A stretch of 63,426 bases of DNA, filler included, from Choristocarpus tenellus KU-1152 (Eukaryota; Protista; Phaeophyceae): the NCBI GenBank assembly GCA_964200185.2. It is 11 parts of 11 records of this genome, joined end to end, with 100 filler letters (N's around TTAATTAATTAA, not from the genome) between each part and the next. Parts side by side here need not be neighbours in the genome. Positions count along the whole stretch, not along the records: positions 1 to 3,576 come from CAXNAD020019160.1; positions 3,677 to 8,709 come from CAXNAD020012105.1; positions 8,810 to 13,813 come from CAXNAD020012200.1; 8 more parts are not named here. One strand, 5' to 3'. Positions within the stretch are counted from its first letter, which is position 1; each line of letters starts with the position of its first letter. Of the stretch, positions 1 to 12,249 are shown piece by piece. Under the pieces are notes generated by a model, which did no database searches, was not told the origin of the DNA, and worked only from the letters and a program-made list of their open reading frames with translations. A program made the position numbers and the translations under genes.

Positions 1-218
1 GCCTGTACCTCTGCGAAGGTGATGTCCAGGAGGAGACCTTTGTCCCTGTAGGGAGCAGTTCCAGCATCTGCTAGTGCCCCTGCGTGAAACACCAGATCCA
101 TGCAAAGATTTCGGTCCAACCGTCCTCCGTGGTGCAAGGGATGCCCATCCCCTTGCATAGTTGGTGTAGGCGTTTCACCATTGGCGTGTGCTGCCGTACC
201 TGTCCCCCTGCCCTGGGG
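1..218 (-). mobile_element. Decayed restriction-like endonuclease (RLE) region of a CRE-type non-LTR retrotransposon
   Basis: Minus strand reads GGQVRQHTPMVKRLHQLCKGMGIP, then after a frameshift RNLCMDLVFHAGALADAGTAPYRDKGLLLDITFAEVQ. This resembles the RH...(R)xD...LLD(V/I)T pattern of CRE/SLACS-clade RLE domains. Confidence 0.55.
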
Positions 219-869
219 CAAAGAGAAACCTATTATATATCGAGGAAAAGTGGTAGTATGCACTTTATGCTTGTCCCCAAACGACGATAGAGCGACGTCC
301 TTGCTGTATGTGCTTCCCATGTGCCTTCAAGAGTAGTTACATGTAGGTATTTATTGAACATGCCCTCGGTGAGGCAATTTCGATGGAGCTGTGGTGGTGC
401 AGCAAGCACCACATATACACTACCCCTGCACAGTATACCAGTGTCGTATATATACCGTATTGTAACTTTCGTAAAATTCAAAAGCATCAGCAAGCCGTTG
501 GATGACTGGACTGACGACTCGCAGTTCAAATCAAATCAACATTCAAAGCCAATCTCCACTCCAATGCCTTGCCCTGTGTATTCAATTGCACTTTACGAGG
601 ATATTATACATTATACAGTATCAAAGACACCACCATGGATCAAATGCAGCTGCACCGGCATGCACCCCATCGTACGCACTGAGTAAAAAAAAATATTCGC
701 TAATAAAAAAATAGCGACTGCCAAAAAAATCGAGGGTGTCCGCTTGTTTGATTGCCCTTGCCCCGATTGCGCTGAGTCAAGCCAGCTTTGTTTCAGCAGA
801 TAGTACGAAACATCGTTCATGCTGAACTCTTCGGCGGTTGTTTCTAAGCATGCAAACTTGTCAGCTACT

Positions 870-1049
870 GGATCAAAGTATCTGGGGGGGGGTGGCGGCT
901 GTCCATTTGGGGTCAATTTTTTCATGTCGCAATTTTTGTGCGATTTGGTTACATACGTTGGATGAATAATGTAGGCGCACATTTCCTGGTTTTGCCCCAA
1001 ATGGACACCCTGGTGTAGACTGCCCCCGCCCCCCCAGATACTTTGGGTC
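870..1049. mobile_element. MITE family A, copy 1 (180 bp)
   Basis: TIRs GGATCAAAGTATCTGGGGGG / CCCCCCAGATACTTTGGGTC; 3-bp TSD ACT at 867-869 and 1050-1052; near-identical inverted copy at 1671-1851. Confidence 0.9.
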
Positions 1050-1670
1050 ACTTGAGATTACGACGGCGGAGGAATCGAGAACACTGAAGAGGCTGCTCCT
1101 TTCCTCACGGCCCCTGATGTGCTGTCCCCTCCCATAAACCCACCGCCATCCTCGTCACCCGAGCTTTCGTTGTCTGACTGGTACAAAAGGATTCCTTGAG
1201 CAGCTGGTCTTTCATGTCCTCTACTGTCGCATTGGCCACTTCATCGTTGTCTTCCACACTGATCCACGCTCTTGCTGTGTCGATGGAAGCCGGAGACGGT
1301 TTCCGTCGTGTGTGAGGTGCAGAGCGTCAAGAGCATTAGAGAGATCCTCATTAATATATAGGGACACCTTGTGGGATGTACCTCTACGAGCAAAATGGCC
1401 ACCCGTGATAATATAGTAGACAGTACAGACATTACAGTAGGACAGAAACGAGCGCTAAATTTCAAAATTCAATCTTAATCCTCATCAGCAGACAGTGCAG
1501 AAGGACAATACAATCACGATTACAATTTTTTCCTACTTTCAGAATTTCAATCCAAGCGCTGACGCACCTCGACATATTTGGTACCCCTTGTAGACTTGGC
1601 GTCAGGCTTCAGTGTCTGCGCTTTCTCCATGATGGTTGTTGCCTCCTTCAACTGGTAGAGGGTGCTGTGA

Positions 1671-1851
1671 GACCCAAAGTATCTGGGGGGGCGGGGGCAG
1701 TCTACACCAGGGTGTCCATTTGGGGCAAAACCAGGAAAAGTGCGCCTACATTATTCATCCAACGTATGTAACCAAATCGCACAAAATTGCGACATGAAAA
1801 AATTGACCCCAAATGGACCAGCCGCCCCCCCCCCCCCAGATACTTTGATCC
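1671..1851. mobile_element. MITE family A, copy 2 (181 bp, inverted relative to copy 1)
   Basis: TIRs GACCCAAAGTATCTGGGGG / CCCCCAGATACTTTGATCC; 3-bp TSD TGA at 1668-1670 and 1852-1854. Confidence 0.9.
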
Positions 1852-2667
1852 TGACGGATTCCAAACTTTTGAGCAACCGCAGTTCCCTGGGGCTCATGCA
1901 CATTTCCACATGCGTTTCATTTCGCTGGCCGCCAAAGGATCCACGATGCTGCAAATGCCATCAACATAACCTCTATGAAAGCAATCGGGAGCATGTATAA
2001 GTGTATATTGCAGCTGGATCCCACTGCACAGGGCATCGTTACATCCGTAAAATGCAATCGTCTAAACTTGATGTGATATACTGTATGTACTGTACTGTGC
2101 AGTACTGAGAGGGAAAAGACCGCTATGCTGTGTCCTCCTGGTCTCGAGCAGCTTTGTGCCTTACTTTGTTATATTTTGGCTAACTTTAGACATGGCTTTT
2201 TGTGAAACCCCTTGATCAAGTAGTGAAAAATATGGGAGTTTGCTCGATATAAGAGAGAATTGACCGGAAAATAATGGGGAAACCTCTCTTATATCCTGAA
2301 AAGTCGTGACAAGGCAATTCACCCTCTCTTATATCCCGTTTTCTCTTATGTTGACCTCTCTTACATAGATACACCTGTTCGAATATACTCCTTCAACTAT
2401 AACGGATATCACTAGTAGTATACATGTAGAGTGAGAATACAAGAATTATTAGTTGGTTAATCCAAGTTTGTTCTTGTATACGAACGGATAGGAATTGGTT
2501 CCATTAAGCATGGTGTTTTGGGGTTGTATGGTCGCCCCCTCTCCTTGGTAATAATCACTGTACAATATTTGGTAATGCTCCTATATTTATCTCTTCTGTC
2601 CATGCATGAGCCGGGGGATACTATAACACAATATATTGGAACCCTATTTTTCTATCTGTGCTTATCA

Positions 2668-3389
2668 TGTCTTCGCTAGGAGAAGAGACACCAGTCCACG
2701 GTAAGGGTCGAAGTGAGGCTACCCTTGCTGAAGATCGATACCAGCAACTCTCCTCTACTATGGAGGACTAACTAAGGCGATACAAGAGCTGAAGATTGAC
2801 CAAGATCGTTTTTTAGAGATGAACGTTGGTAGAGTCGGCAGTGGGGATCACCCTGCCATCCAAGCCGCTGTACCCAGCACACGGCCACCGACTGGGTTTG
2901 TACCGGTTGAAGTTGGACCTGTTGAACCCGTTGTGGGTGAAGGTTTTCGAAATGGCGACAGCCTGGACGGACTCAGTGTTCGGAGTGGTATCAGGTGGAG
3001 ATCAGGTTCTTCGCCAGTATCAGGGTCTGGAGTTGATCTTGTTCTCTACAGGAGAAGGCAGTGATCAAAAGCCCAAACTGCCCAAGTTGGTAGACAACTC
3101 CAACTATCGTGATCGGAGAAGGTGGTTCATGGTCCACTGTAAGTACACTGGCTGTTTATATGCCCTAACTGTGACAAGACCAATCAACCAGGAGAGATCG
3201 CAGGAGGGACTACTCGCTGATGGGTTTAATAAAAATGAGATTTTGATGGCTGAGGAAGCATATTATGCGCTTACCATTGCTCTTGTTGCCCCTGCCACGG
3301 AAGGTCTGTGCTGCATGCACCTGAGCCCAAGTGAGCTTTTTGCAGCTGTGGACAACTGGTTTATGCCGAACACAGTGGGCAACAGTTAA
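2668..3389 (+). pseudogene. Probable decayed gag-like ORF of an LTR (copia-like) retrotransposon
   Basis: Intronless frame with an internal stop near 2770. PKLPKLVDNSNYRDRRRWFMVHCKYTGCLYAL resembles the N-terminal motif of copia gag. An upstream TG...CA-bounded AT-rich segment (about 2376-2628) could be an LTR, but no clear PBS is present. Confidence 0.35.
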
Positions 3390-3459
3390 TATTTATTCCG
3401 GCAATTCTTCTCTTCAAAGGTGGGGAAGGGGGCTAACCCACTCCTCACTCTAGCGAAAC

Positions 3460-3576
3460 GAGTGAAACTATCTTAGGGGGTACGATTTTTTCCCTGTTTG
3501 TTTGGCTTCCCATGGGTTTTTTAATGACTTTTTTCCTCTACAAAATGTTTCGGAGTAGGTAAAATGTGTAGGCTAT
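3460..3576. mobile_element. MITE family B, left part (runs into gap)
   Basis: GAGTGAAACTATCTTAGGGGGTACG... matches the left end of the full copy at 53017-53274. Confidence 0.75.
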
Positions 3577-3676
3577 NNNNNNNNNNNNNNNNNNNNNNNN
3601 NNNNNNNNNNNNNNNNNNNNTTAATTAATTAANNNNNNNNNNNNNNNNNNNNNNNNNNNNNNNNNNNNNNNNNNNN
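3577..3676. other. Artificial contig spacer N44-TTAATTAATTAA-N44
   Basis: Identical 100-nt spacers with a six-frame stop linker also occur at 8710, 13814, 17871, 23397, 33540, 37659, 44971, 52550 and 58476. Confidence 0.97.
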
Positions 3677-3702
3677 TATAAATTATGACACTTTAATTAA
3701 CT

Positions 3703-3736
<34 letters not shown>

Positions 3737-3899
3737 CTATCCCCCCCCCCCCCCCCCCCCCCAATCTTAGTATGTCTCATTCACACCCCTTAATTTTCCC
3801 CAACGACATGATGTAATCGTAGTCACATGCTATGCATTTGTTTTTTGAGTCCTCCCTACTAATTGGTCTCCTTTATTACACCCCCCACCCCCCTGCACA

Positions 3900-6800
3900 C
3901 CACCACTACAAAATCCTGCTCACTCACAAGTTCGTCAAACATTTCCTTCATGTCTGTTCTCGACCCTCAAAGTCCAAAATATAACGGGTGCACAGATGTG
4001 CACAAGTGCAGTAAGGGGAGGGGAGATAAGGAAACCCCATTTGGTGACAGGGATGTGGTCGGAGATTGGATTCAGTGGGCACATGAAGAGAGTACCAGCA
4101 TATATGAGGGCGAGGACAGTGATTGCAGAGAGGGCAAAGAAATTGCAGGAGGACCTTCTTTCAGGGCGGTAGGGGGCTGGGGAGATGATCAAGAGGTATG
4201 TGAAAATATGTTGACAACTATGGCGGAAATGGAAGGATTGTAGATAATACTCTGACCCTGAGAGAGTGTGTTTGAGGGAATTGCTGATTGCCAATTAGGC
4301 TTCACAAGGGCTTTGGCTTGCGAGAAGGATTTGGTATAATGTGGTTCTCTAAGGTGGGAACTATGATCTGGTTTGCTAAGCGATTGGCCACTATAGGCAA
4401 TGTGGTTCAGCCCATCATGTGTGTCACTCATTTACATATGTATGAAGTACATCGCATAAGTGACTTTATTTCACGCTTCGAAGCGCACTTTTTTAGTGTA
4501 GTTGTTTCACTGAATTGTTTTGATCTTTTGTTGTGGTTGTGGTAGTAACCAGAAACCTTACTTTGCCTTTGCCATGTGTTCTGTGTTTTGGTCCAAGCAG
4601 GTCTAAGGAGAGGTACCAGAGAGGAGGATAATGACACAAGTAATGACACAAGTAATGACACAAGTAATGACACAAGTAATGACACAAGTAATGACACAAG
4701 ACTGTAAATTTTGCGGTGTCTTTGGCATATCTGGGTTCAAGTGTAGCCTTGCACTGCTACAGGCAACACAGAAAACCGCGTGATTCACAGCATTTCAATC
4801 AAGCTTCATGTATCTTATAGAATATTTCTGCATGGGCCTCGATCTACTTATTCTTACTTGGATCCTTGTTGCTATATTTGCCAGGTTGCAGCAGGTTCTT
4901 GTAGATTTTGCTTGGAGAATTGAGGTGTGGGGGGGGTCAACATTATCTGAATTTATTCCTCTGTTTTCATGATAATAGCTTAGCATAAGAAACAAATAGG
5001 TACCCTAAAGACTAGTCCCAAGCCATCCATGGTCAAATAATGATGACATTTCTGTGAAGAGTGGACTGTAATGATGCAATCGCTTCCTTGTAACCATGTA
5101 GCTACAGACACCAAGCAATTCAACCTAGCCTATTATTGATATTGATCCCTTCATCAGAGTCCTTTTTCTTATCCTACTTTTTTGTTTTGCTTTGCAAGGG
5201 TAATGATGTAATGCAAGGTGCAAACAATATGCAGTTTTTCTTGAATACATCCCTTACCAGGAAGTAGGCAAAACACTTTGATCTTCTCATTTTATGATTA
5301 TAGTGATCCGGAGTATAATGGAGACACACAGTCATGAAAGGGTGGATTGGACAGGGAGGGATATTTTGTTAGTTGAGCAGCATCCCCCCCTCCTTCTGGA
5401 CTCATTTTCAATGATTGGGTGCATATTGAGTCAGAATCTGTAGTGATATTGAAAAAATGCAATAGTCCGATTTTGAGGAAGGATACATAATCATGTTTCA
5501 GACTAGGTGTCGGTCAGGTTGGTGAGTGAGGATGTAGTCAACACAACAGTATCCACTCCCCTTAAGGTCCACGTTGGTGTAAGACCCTTTTCGCCATAAT
5601 GAACTGAATAAAATCTTGACGAGTTCTGGTTTATTCATCTCTGTAATCCTTACCAGTCACATACCATTCTTGCTCAGACTATCATCATCATAGGGTCCAA
5701 GTACCAAGCTGTCCCTATCCCCTACCGTGTTACTGCTCCTTCCCATGCGGGTGTTTGCAATCTGTAAGGATGAGCAGTTTGTCCCTGAATAGAACCTCCT
5801 TCACGGTTTCACGGAGGGCAGCCCAGAACTGGCCCTTCTCTGTCTTCAGCTGCATTTGATGCAGCTGTCAGCAGGATCCGAAACTTCATCAGCCAGTTGT
5901 TGATGACTTTTCTATCTTGGGGTTTTCTCACTAGGCATTCTGCTTTGCCACTGCCAGTATGAGACCATACCTCCCTGTTTCATCCTCTTCCCTCTCCACT
6001 CCAATGAACAACATACCCACTGCTTTCGAATTCATGCCAACCACCTCTCCCTGTCTCCTGAAGTGTATCCGTCTGTTCCATCCAGTTCACACCTTAAACT
6101 GCCATCACGCAAACATCCCAGGTGGTGATTTTGACCTCCTTTTTCCAACTTTTCGATTAGGAACCATCAGCCCATTCCACATGTATTCTTCCTTTGTGGT
6201 GCACACCTTTCAGGAAGTCCCCTTCTCCTCTGTCATTATTTCTCTTCCTTTGTCACCATCTTTGTCCAGTCTCGGTACTTGTCTTTCTTTGTGCCATGGG
6301 GTCAGCCGTCCCACAGCTTGTTGATAATGAGCAACTCTGCCCCGTTGTCAAAGTTTACACTTGCTCATGCAGCTGTAATGTTCTGCGAGAAACTGGTGTC
6401 AGCCACATTTTGTGTATGGTCTAACTAACACCCACTGGGTATGGAATACTAATATTAGCACAGCAAGAAGCAATTAATTGAACGAACAGACTCACTTTCC
6501 GTCAGGGAAGCATGCATGTCAGTGTAGAGCTTCTTTGTAGCGCTATTGCTACATGTTTTGTTTTTTTGTGCTTTTGCGTGAGTATGGGGGAAGGCTTTGA
6601 AGGTATGTAGGTTTGCATACTGTTTATTGTCAGGAACTGACCTGCGGGTGGCCCTACCTCTGAACACCTTCCCCGCTTGGCTTTGTCCAGAATGTAGGGG
6701 GAGAGATTTGGTTGTTGCTCTTCTTTTACTATGACAACAGTGAGCCATTCCACTAGATCTTTTGAATTCAGATTCATTCATTGAAACCCATGGTGACTTT

Positions 6801-6900
6801 TCGTATAAGTTGGATTTTCTGACCATTCAGTCCTCCTGTGATAGGGAACATAAGTGGAATTTGCTCATCCGTACTGCAGTTTGTTGCTGGTGGAGACCTT
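3900..6900 (-). mobile_element. Heavily decayed LINE-like retrotransposon remnant
   Basis: Long intronless coding-like sequence broken by many stops and frameshifts; degenerate RT-like stretch near 4000-4450 (TTLPIVANRLANQIIVPTLENHIIP); no consistent splice structure. Confidence 0.35.
4629..4700. repeat. 12-bp tandem repeat (TAATGACACAAG)x6
   Basis: Directly visible; explains the periodic ORFs LLVS, CHYL and CVIT. Confidence 0.95.
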
Positions 6901-8648
6901 GTTGAAATGTGGCCAAATCTGGAAATGAGTTGAGCACATGCACGTGCTCTGTTAGCATTTTAAGGTGCGTCGTAGCTATATCACTCAGAGACAATGATGA
7001 TGCCTATTGTTTGTTTGTTTTGTCGTAACCCCCTATGGTATGTGAACGTGTCTTCCTTTGTTTATCACCACTACCACTACCAGTACCACAACTGCTACCA
7101 CTACCACCACCAAATACACTGTCAACTGCATGCACATTGTGAATTTTTCCAGCACTTCTTCTTTCCTCTTCCATCTCCTCTTCTAGCATTGTTGTTGTGG
7201 TTGTCAATAGTGTAACTCCCATATTCTATAGTCAATGATCTTCACTTCAATATTATTGTGTAGTACTAATATTAGTGTGATGAGCTTTCGAACGACTGTG
7301 ATACTATGTATTGGGTAAAACATAAAAACAGTATTAATGCTGCTGCTGTTCTTGTTGTAGAAAAGGATGGCAAATAAGAAGAACAAGGACTAAAAAAGTA
7401 AGGAAGAACTAGCAATGGCCCTAGTAGTAGTAATGAGTGGATGCAATGTTGAAGAGATGCACAAACAAGACCGAACCACTCGCTGACAGCTGTTCTGATA
7501 CGAGATAACAACAAAAAAAGGTACTCACCACAAAACAAAAACAGTAAGAACACACAACACTTCCTCACCTAAATTGGCATACTCACCTATATCTATCCAA
7601 ATCCTAAGTGCTTGCATTCAGTTGCAATAACAACATAAGGTAACTCCAAGGAAAGTAAATTATTAAACACAGAAAGACCACTAACTGCAACTATCAACAC
7701 CATTTATGACACAAGGGAGGAGGGCGGGGGGGAATACGTTTTGTAGTGTGGGGGTTGTCCTGATCTCTCAGTTACAAATGAACAATGAAACGAGATTTAC
7801 TATGTCAAACTGCTTACTGTCAACTATGTCAATACAACAATAACAGCAACAACAGGCACTCACCACACATCTACAACATTAAACAACACACCCTCACCAA
7901 AATTGAACTAATCACCCACATGCCACCAAAATTCCAAATGCATGCATGCATGCATGCAATAGTTGCAACAACAATCTGAGGTAAGTCACAGGGAGAAGCA
8001 TCTATTGAACGCTGCTAGTAGCAGTAGTAGTAACAACACCGTTTATGACAAAAGAATAAGTGAGGGCGGGGCAGGGGGCGGTGTTGTTTGTAGTGTGGCG
8101 GTTTGTCCTGATCTCTCGATTGCAAACGATTTGTGATTACAAGAGGTCAACAACAACAACAGGCATACATCATTATCGATTTGTTGTCTCTACCACGATG
8201 ACCGAGCACAGTGCCCTCTTCAACAAGTCCTGAAGCAGAATGATGCTTCAAAATTTATTAACAAAAAAAAGAAATGCTACAAAAGAAATAATGATACAGT
8301 GGAACAGAAATGAGAGTAACAGTGGTGTGAATAGACCTACCCTAAGGACCAAAAGCACAGGAGGAGGACAACATGGGGGGTATCCACAACAAAGAAAGCA
8401 CAGATGTGTGATGAAGAATACATCAAGAAAATGCAGGGAAATAAACGTAAAACATATGCAGGATGCCACCACACGCATCTTATCCATTCAAATTTACCTA
8501 CTGATTGCAGTCTTTGTCGTTGTAGTCATAGTAGTAGTGCTAGTAGTAGTGACTCAAGTAGAAGTAGGTACGGTAGACATTGCTACTATATTCATATGAT
8601 ATTCTTGGCTCTGTGGAGTGCCTTTTTTCACACCATGATCGGGCATCT

Positions 8649-8709
8649 GAGTGACAGTATCTTAGAGGGTACGAGTTTTGCCCTGTTTGTCCATTTGGGG
8701 CTTGACTTC
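8649..8709. mobile_element. MITE family B, left end (runs into gap)
   Basis: GAGTGACAGTATCTTAGAGGGTACGAGTTTTGCCCTGTTTGTCCATTTGGGG matches the family B left end. Confidence 0.8.
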
Positions 8710-8809
8710 NNNNNNNNNNNNNNNNNNNNNNNNNNNNNNNNNNNNNNNNNNNNTTAATTAATTAANNNNNNNNNNNNNNNNNNNNNNNNNNNNNNNNNNN
8801 NNNNNNNNN

Positions 8810-9078
8810 GCTACAGCCTCGCCTCCCCAGCTGGTGCTTGATCGACTGGAAAGGCTTAAGTTCAGGCTAGATGCGCTGTTGCCATCGGCAGAAAGGCTCC
8901 TCTGCAGCTGAGGCAGTGTATCCAGGCTGCTCCCCCTTCCCATCCCCAGGCCATTTTCCGAACTCTGTCTTCCTGGCAGACCAAACTTTACCCCAGCAAC
9001 ATTTCGCCACATCTCCGTTCCTTCTTCTTCTAGGGACGACCACGCTGTGCTTCCAGCCTCTCCCAACCTCGCTGTTTC

Positions 9079-9110
<32 letters not shown>

Positions 9111-12100
9111 TGTAGATCGGAAAAACCCACGTCTGAACTCCCGCCCCCTCAAAAAGTCGTATNNNNNNNNNNTCTTCTTCTAGGGACGCCCCCCCTGGGC
9201 TCCCCCCCCCCCCCACCCCCGCTTTTTCCCCCCCCCCCCCCCCCGCCCCCGCCCCCCTCGTCCAGGAAGCAACATCGACGTTGAGCATCTCTCCCTCAGA
9301 AAAGGGCCTACTATGTGGCATGGGTCCCAAAGGCATAACCTGATCCAAGAACTGCGGCGGCATGCTGACTACCTGGGAGGGGGGGGGGGGTTGTGAAGCA
9401 GTGCGTCCGGTTTGAACTGTCTTTGGGTCCTGCAAGTTGGTCCACCCTCCATCACTCCCGTTGTAGCTGACGGGATCCTTCCACCCTATGCTGCCACCAC
9501 CTGGGTCTGGCCTCAGCACTCTCAAGCCTGTTGAAGCAGTGACTTCACCAGCCACCCCCCCCACAATAGTCCCTCCAGTCACTGCGGCCTCTGACACTAG
9601 GCTTCCAACCCCTGCCGCTACCTGCGCCACAGCTTCTGCTGCCACCATGGATGTGGTTGAGGCCCAGCCCTCCTCCCAGCTGGTTGTTGGTTGTCTCCCA
9701 TGCTCAGTGGCCCACCAAGCGCACGCCGGGAGATGTTTGGTTGTTGGGGTTTGACTCACGGAGTGTTCGAAATCAATAGTTTTCTCATCCATGTTATTGT
9801 GTACCTTAGTAGATGTCCGCACACACCCTGCAAAGGCATGTTGTTGTGCTTTGCCGTGGAATGTAGGCCCTGACCCTCTCATAGGGAGTGGGGAAATTGC
9901 ACACATCCCACTACCCCCTGTTGCAGCCAAAGACTGCCCAGATCCTTCTTCTTGCAACCCTGTGCTCATCCATACAGCCCCTGTTGCCCCGCGTTCTTCC
10001 AACTCCTGCCCCACATCCGCACTAGGTAGTTTGTAGGACCAGTTGTCCACAGTGGAACTTTTTGGCACATTCCCAGGCAGTGGTGATGGCACCTGGAGTT
10101 GAAGCTGCTGGGAAGCGGTGTCTAGGATGCATGAATCGGAATTCGCCACACCTCCCTGATCTAGTCCGTCATTCTCAAAGATGCTCAAAGGGAACCCAAG
10201 TTGCATCCCTGGAATAAGGGGGGACAAAGAGACCTGAGCAGGTGTAAGGTTCGTTGCTGCCGGGCTTGTTGTTGCTGCAACTAAGTTGGGGTACCTCTCT
10301 ACCCCTTCCCCCATCCGGACCTCAGTCATCGACTGCAGGCTCCCCTCATTTGAAAGTCCCTGCCCACTGTTATCCAGAGCCAGGAGCTCTGTTCCCAGGT
10401 CTGATGGAGCCTTCTCCCGTTGCCCACGACTGTTTCCTCCTCGCTGCCAGGCCCCGGCAATGATCCGTGCCCCAAGCCCACTTATAGAACCACTTCGCCT
10501 CAAGGATGACGGGCCATCGGCAGATCTGGGTGTTCTTGTTTGGGGATTTCCATCATCGGGATGTGCCCTTGCCAAGCTGCTCCGAAACTTGCCCCACCTT
10601 CCATGTCGACTAGACCCATTCTCTTCATTGACCTCCCCTGTTAAGCTCTCCTTTTGGCTGGTACTGGAGTTGGCGCTGGTTCCACTTCCTCCGGCGCTGC
10701 CAACACCCTCATCAGTTGCTGGAGTACGGCCCTGCCTAATTCTGAACGATCGAAAAATGTTGCGTGCCGAATCAGCCGGCTTCATGACCTTACGGATGAT
10801 CCTACCTGCTCTGGAATGGCTCCCACTCTCGCCATGACCAGAATTGCCTTGCATATCAGGGTTGGTCTCCAAGCGAGTGGTTCCACCTAGCTGTTGCATG
10901 TTTCGTGGGCTGCCATCGGTAGGCTGACTATTGAGTAAGGTCATCTCTGGGTCTTGGTCTTGCACCAAGGGCGTGGAGGGACCCATTTCGAGATGTGGTT
11001 CCTGCCCTGGTGCTGCTTTTGGAGGGAGGGGGGCAGAGCCACCATTCACACCGATTGAAAGGGATGAGACTCCCCCTGACTCCCAATAGGTACCAGTTGC
11101 CACATTTGAAGAATGTAGGATGCTGGACCCAGAACTCGGAAATGGTGTCCCCTCCCCAGGAATCCCCGTTGTTGTAGGGAGTGAGGCCACTAGCAATGGC
11201 ATCCCCCCTTGGCGTTGCGCCTCGTCGAAGCTAGAGTCTAGATTTGAAGACTGCAGGACATCAGGCCCTGACCCTGGAAACTGCAAATCTCCCCTAGGGA
11301 CGTCAATCGTTTGGGACAGTGAGGGTATTATCAAAGGAAACCTGCTTTGATGCTGTGCTGGATCAAAGCTCGAGTCGAGATTACTGTCTTGCTTTCCCGA
11401 CTCTGGCAGCGATGGAGGTTCCAGCTCGTCGCCCTTCTTGCCAACAATGCCATGTTCGTGATCCATCTTGACTCTGCTCATGTGTTGATCGCCTTCTTGT
11501 GGCCTGCTTGAGGCAGTGAGGCACTGTCCCCTCTGGGATTGGTCCATTGGCAACACAGTGTCATGGTCGTAAAGAACAGCATCTTCGACAGTTTCCTCCG
11601 CCTGAACTAGTAAATTCATAGCTGACCGAGAGAGCGACCCCAGAGAAGCCAGCGAGACACCAGAGAGGGATAAGGCAGAGTCATCCTTGCAAAGCAGGCG
11701 CACCCCAGAAAAAATGAGGTCTTGTGTATCAACAGCAGTAGCAGGAGTCTGGATTATACTATTGAGAGAGATATCGGAGGAGAGTGATGTGCATGGTGTG
11801 GAGACTGCAGGAGCTTGTCCAGACGATGCTACAATGCCAGGTCCAACACTACCAGAGCCCCCCGACGCTCCGGAGAGCTGGCCAGACGAACTCCGCAAGC
11901 TGCTGCCCGACGAGCTGATGTTCAGAAAACTGTCATCTCGAAAGAGCAATCCCGCACAAGCAGCAGCGGTCAGAGCGGTCACTTGGGACTTGGGTGGGAA
12001 TCCACCTGTGCCTGATGCTGACGGCTTTGAAGGAAACACAGTAGCTCCATCAACAGGTACGCTCAGGCTCCCCTTGGAGGTGACCGCATTGCCAATCCGA

Positions 12101-12249
12101 TTCGGTCTTGGGGCTCTAGCAGTATTCATTCTCCCAGAGGCGACATATCTGAGCCCTAACACTCCTCTGGTCTTGTCTGGTTGACTAGATGGAAACTGTA
12201 GTGCTTTATTGGGTGTGTGATGAGTCTCATAAGTCACTTCCTTCTCCAT
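8810..12249 (-). CDS. Large intronless Ser/Gly/Pro-rich (likely disordered) protein of unknown function, over 1100 aa, 3'-truncated by gap
   Basis: Stop-free frame of about 3.4 kb from ATG 12249; internal 46-aa tandem repeat (SNLDSSFD...). The 9080-9260 part is low quality, with homopolymers and Ns. Confidence 0.7.

Larger units (their letters stand above)
700..2377 (-). mobile_element. Decayed pogo/Tigger-like (Tc1/mariner) DNA transposon interrupted by two MITEs
   Basis: Removing the MITEs plus one TSD each restores TAVAQKFGIRHSTLYQLKEATTIMEKAQTLKPDAKSTRGTKYVE (psq/CENP-B-like HTH) and a C-terminal SQVADKFACLETTAEEFSMNDVSYYL. Repeated CTCTCTTATA subterminal motifs lie at 2240-2365, ending in ...ACACCTG. 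The central DDE region appears deleted. Confidence 0.6.

Noticed and set aside
3577-3676. Recurrent TTAATTAATTAA palindrome flanked by Ns (10 times)
   Set aside because: Artificial six-frame-stop linker between contigs; not biological. It also means gene neighbourhoods across spacers cannot be interpreted.
9080-9260. Apparent peptide duplication and poly-Gly stretch in the large ORF
   Set aside because: Homopolymer runs flanking an internal N gap; probably a low-quality read overlap.
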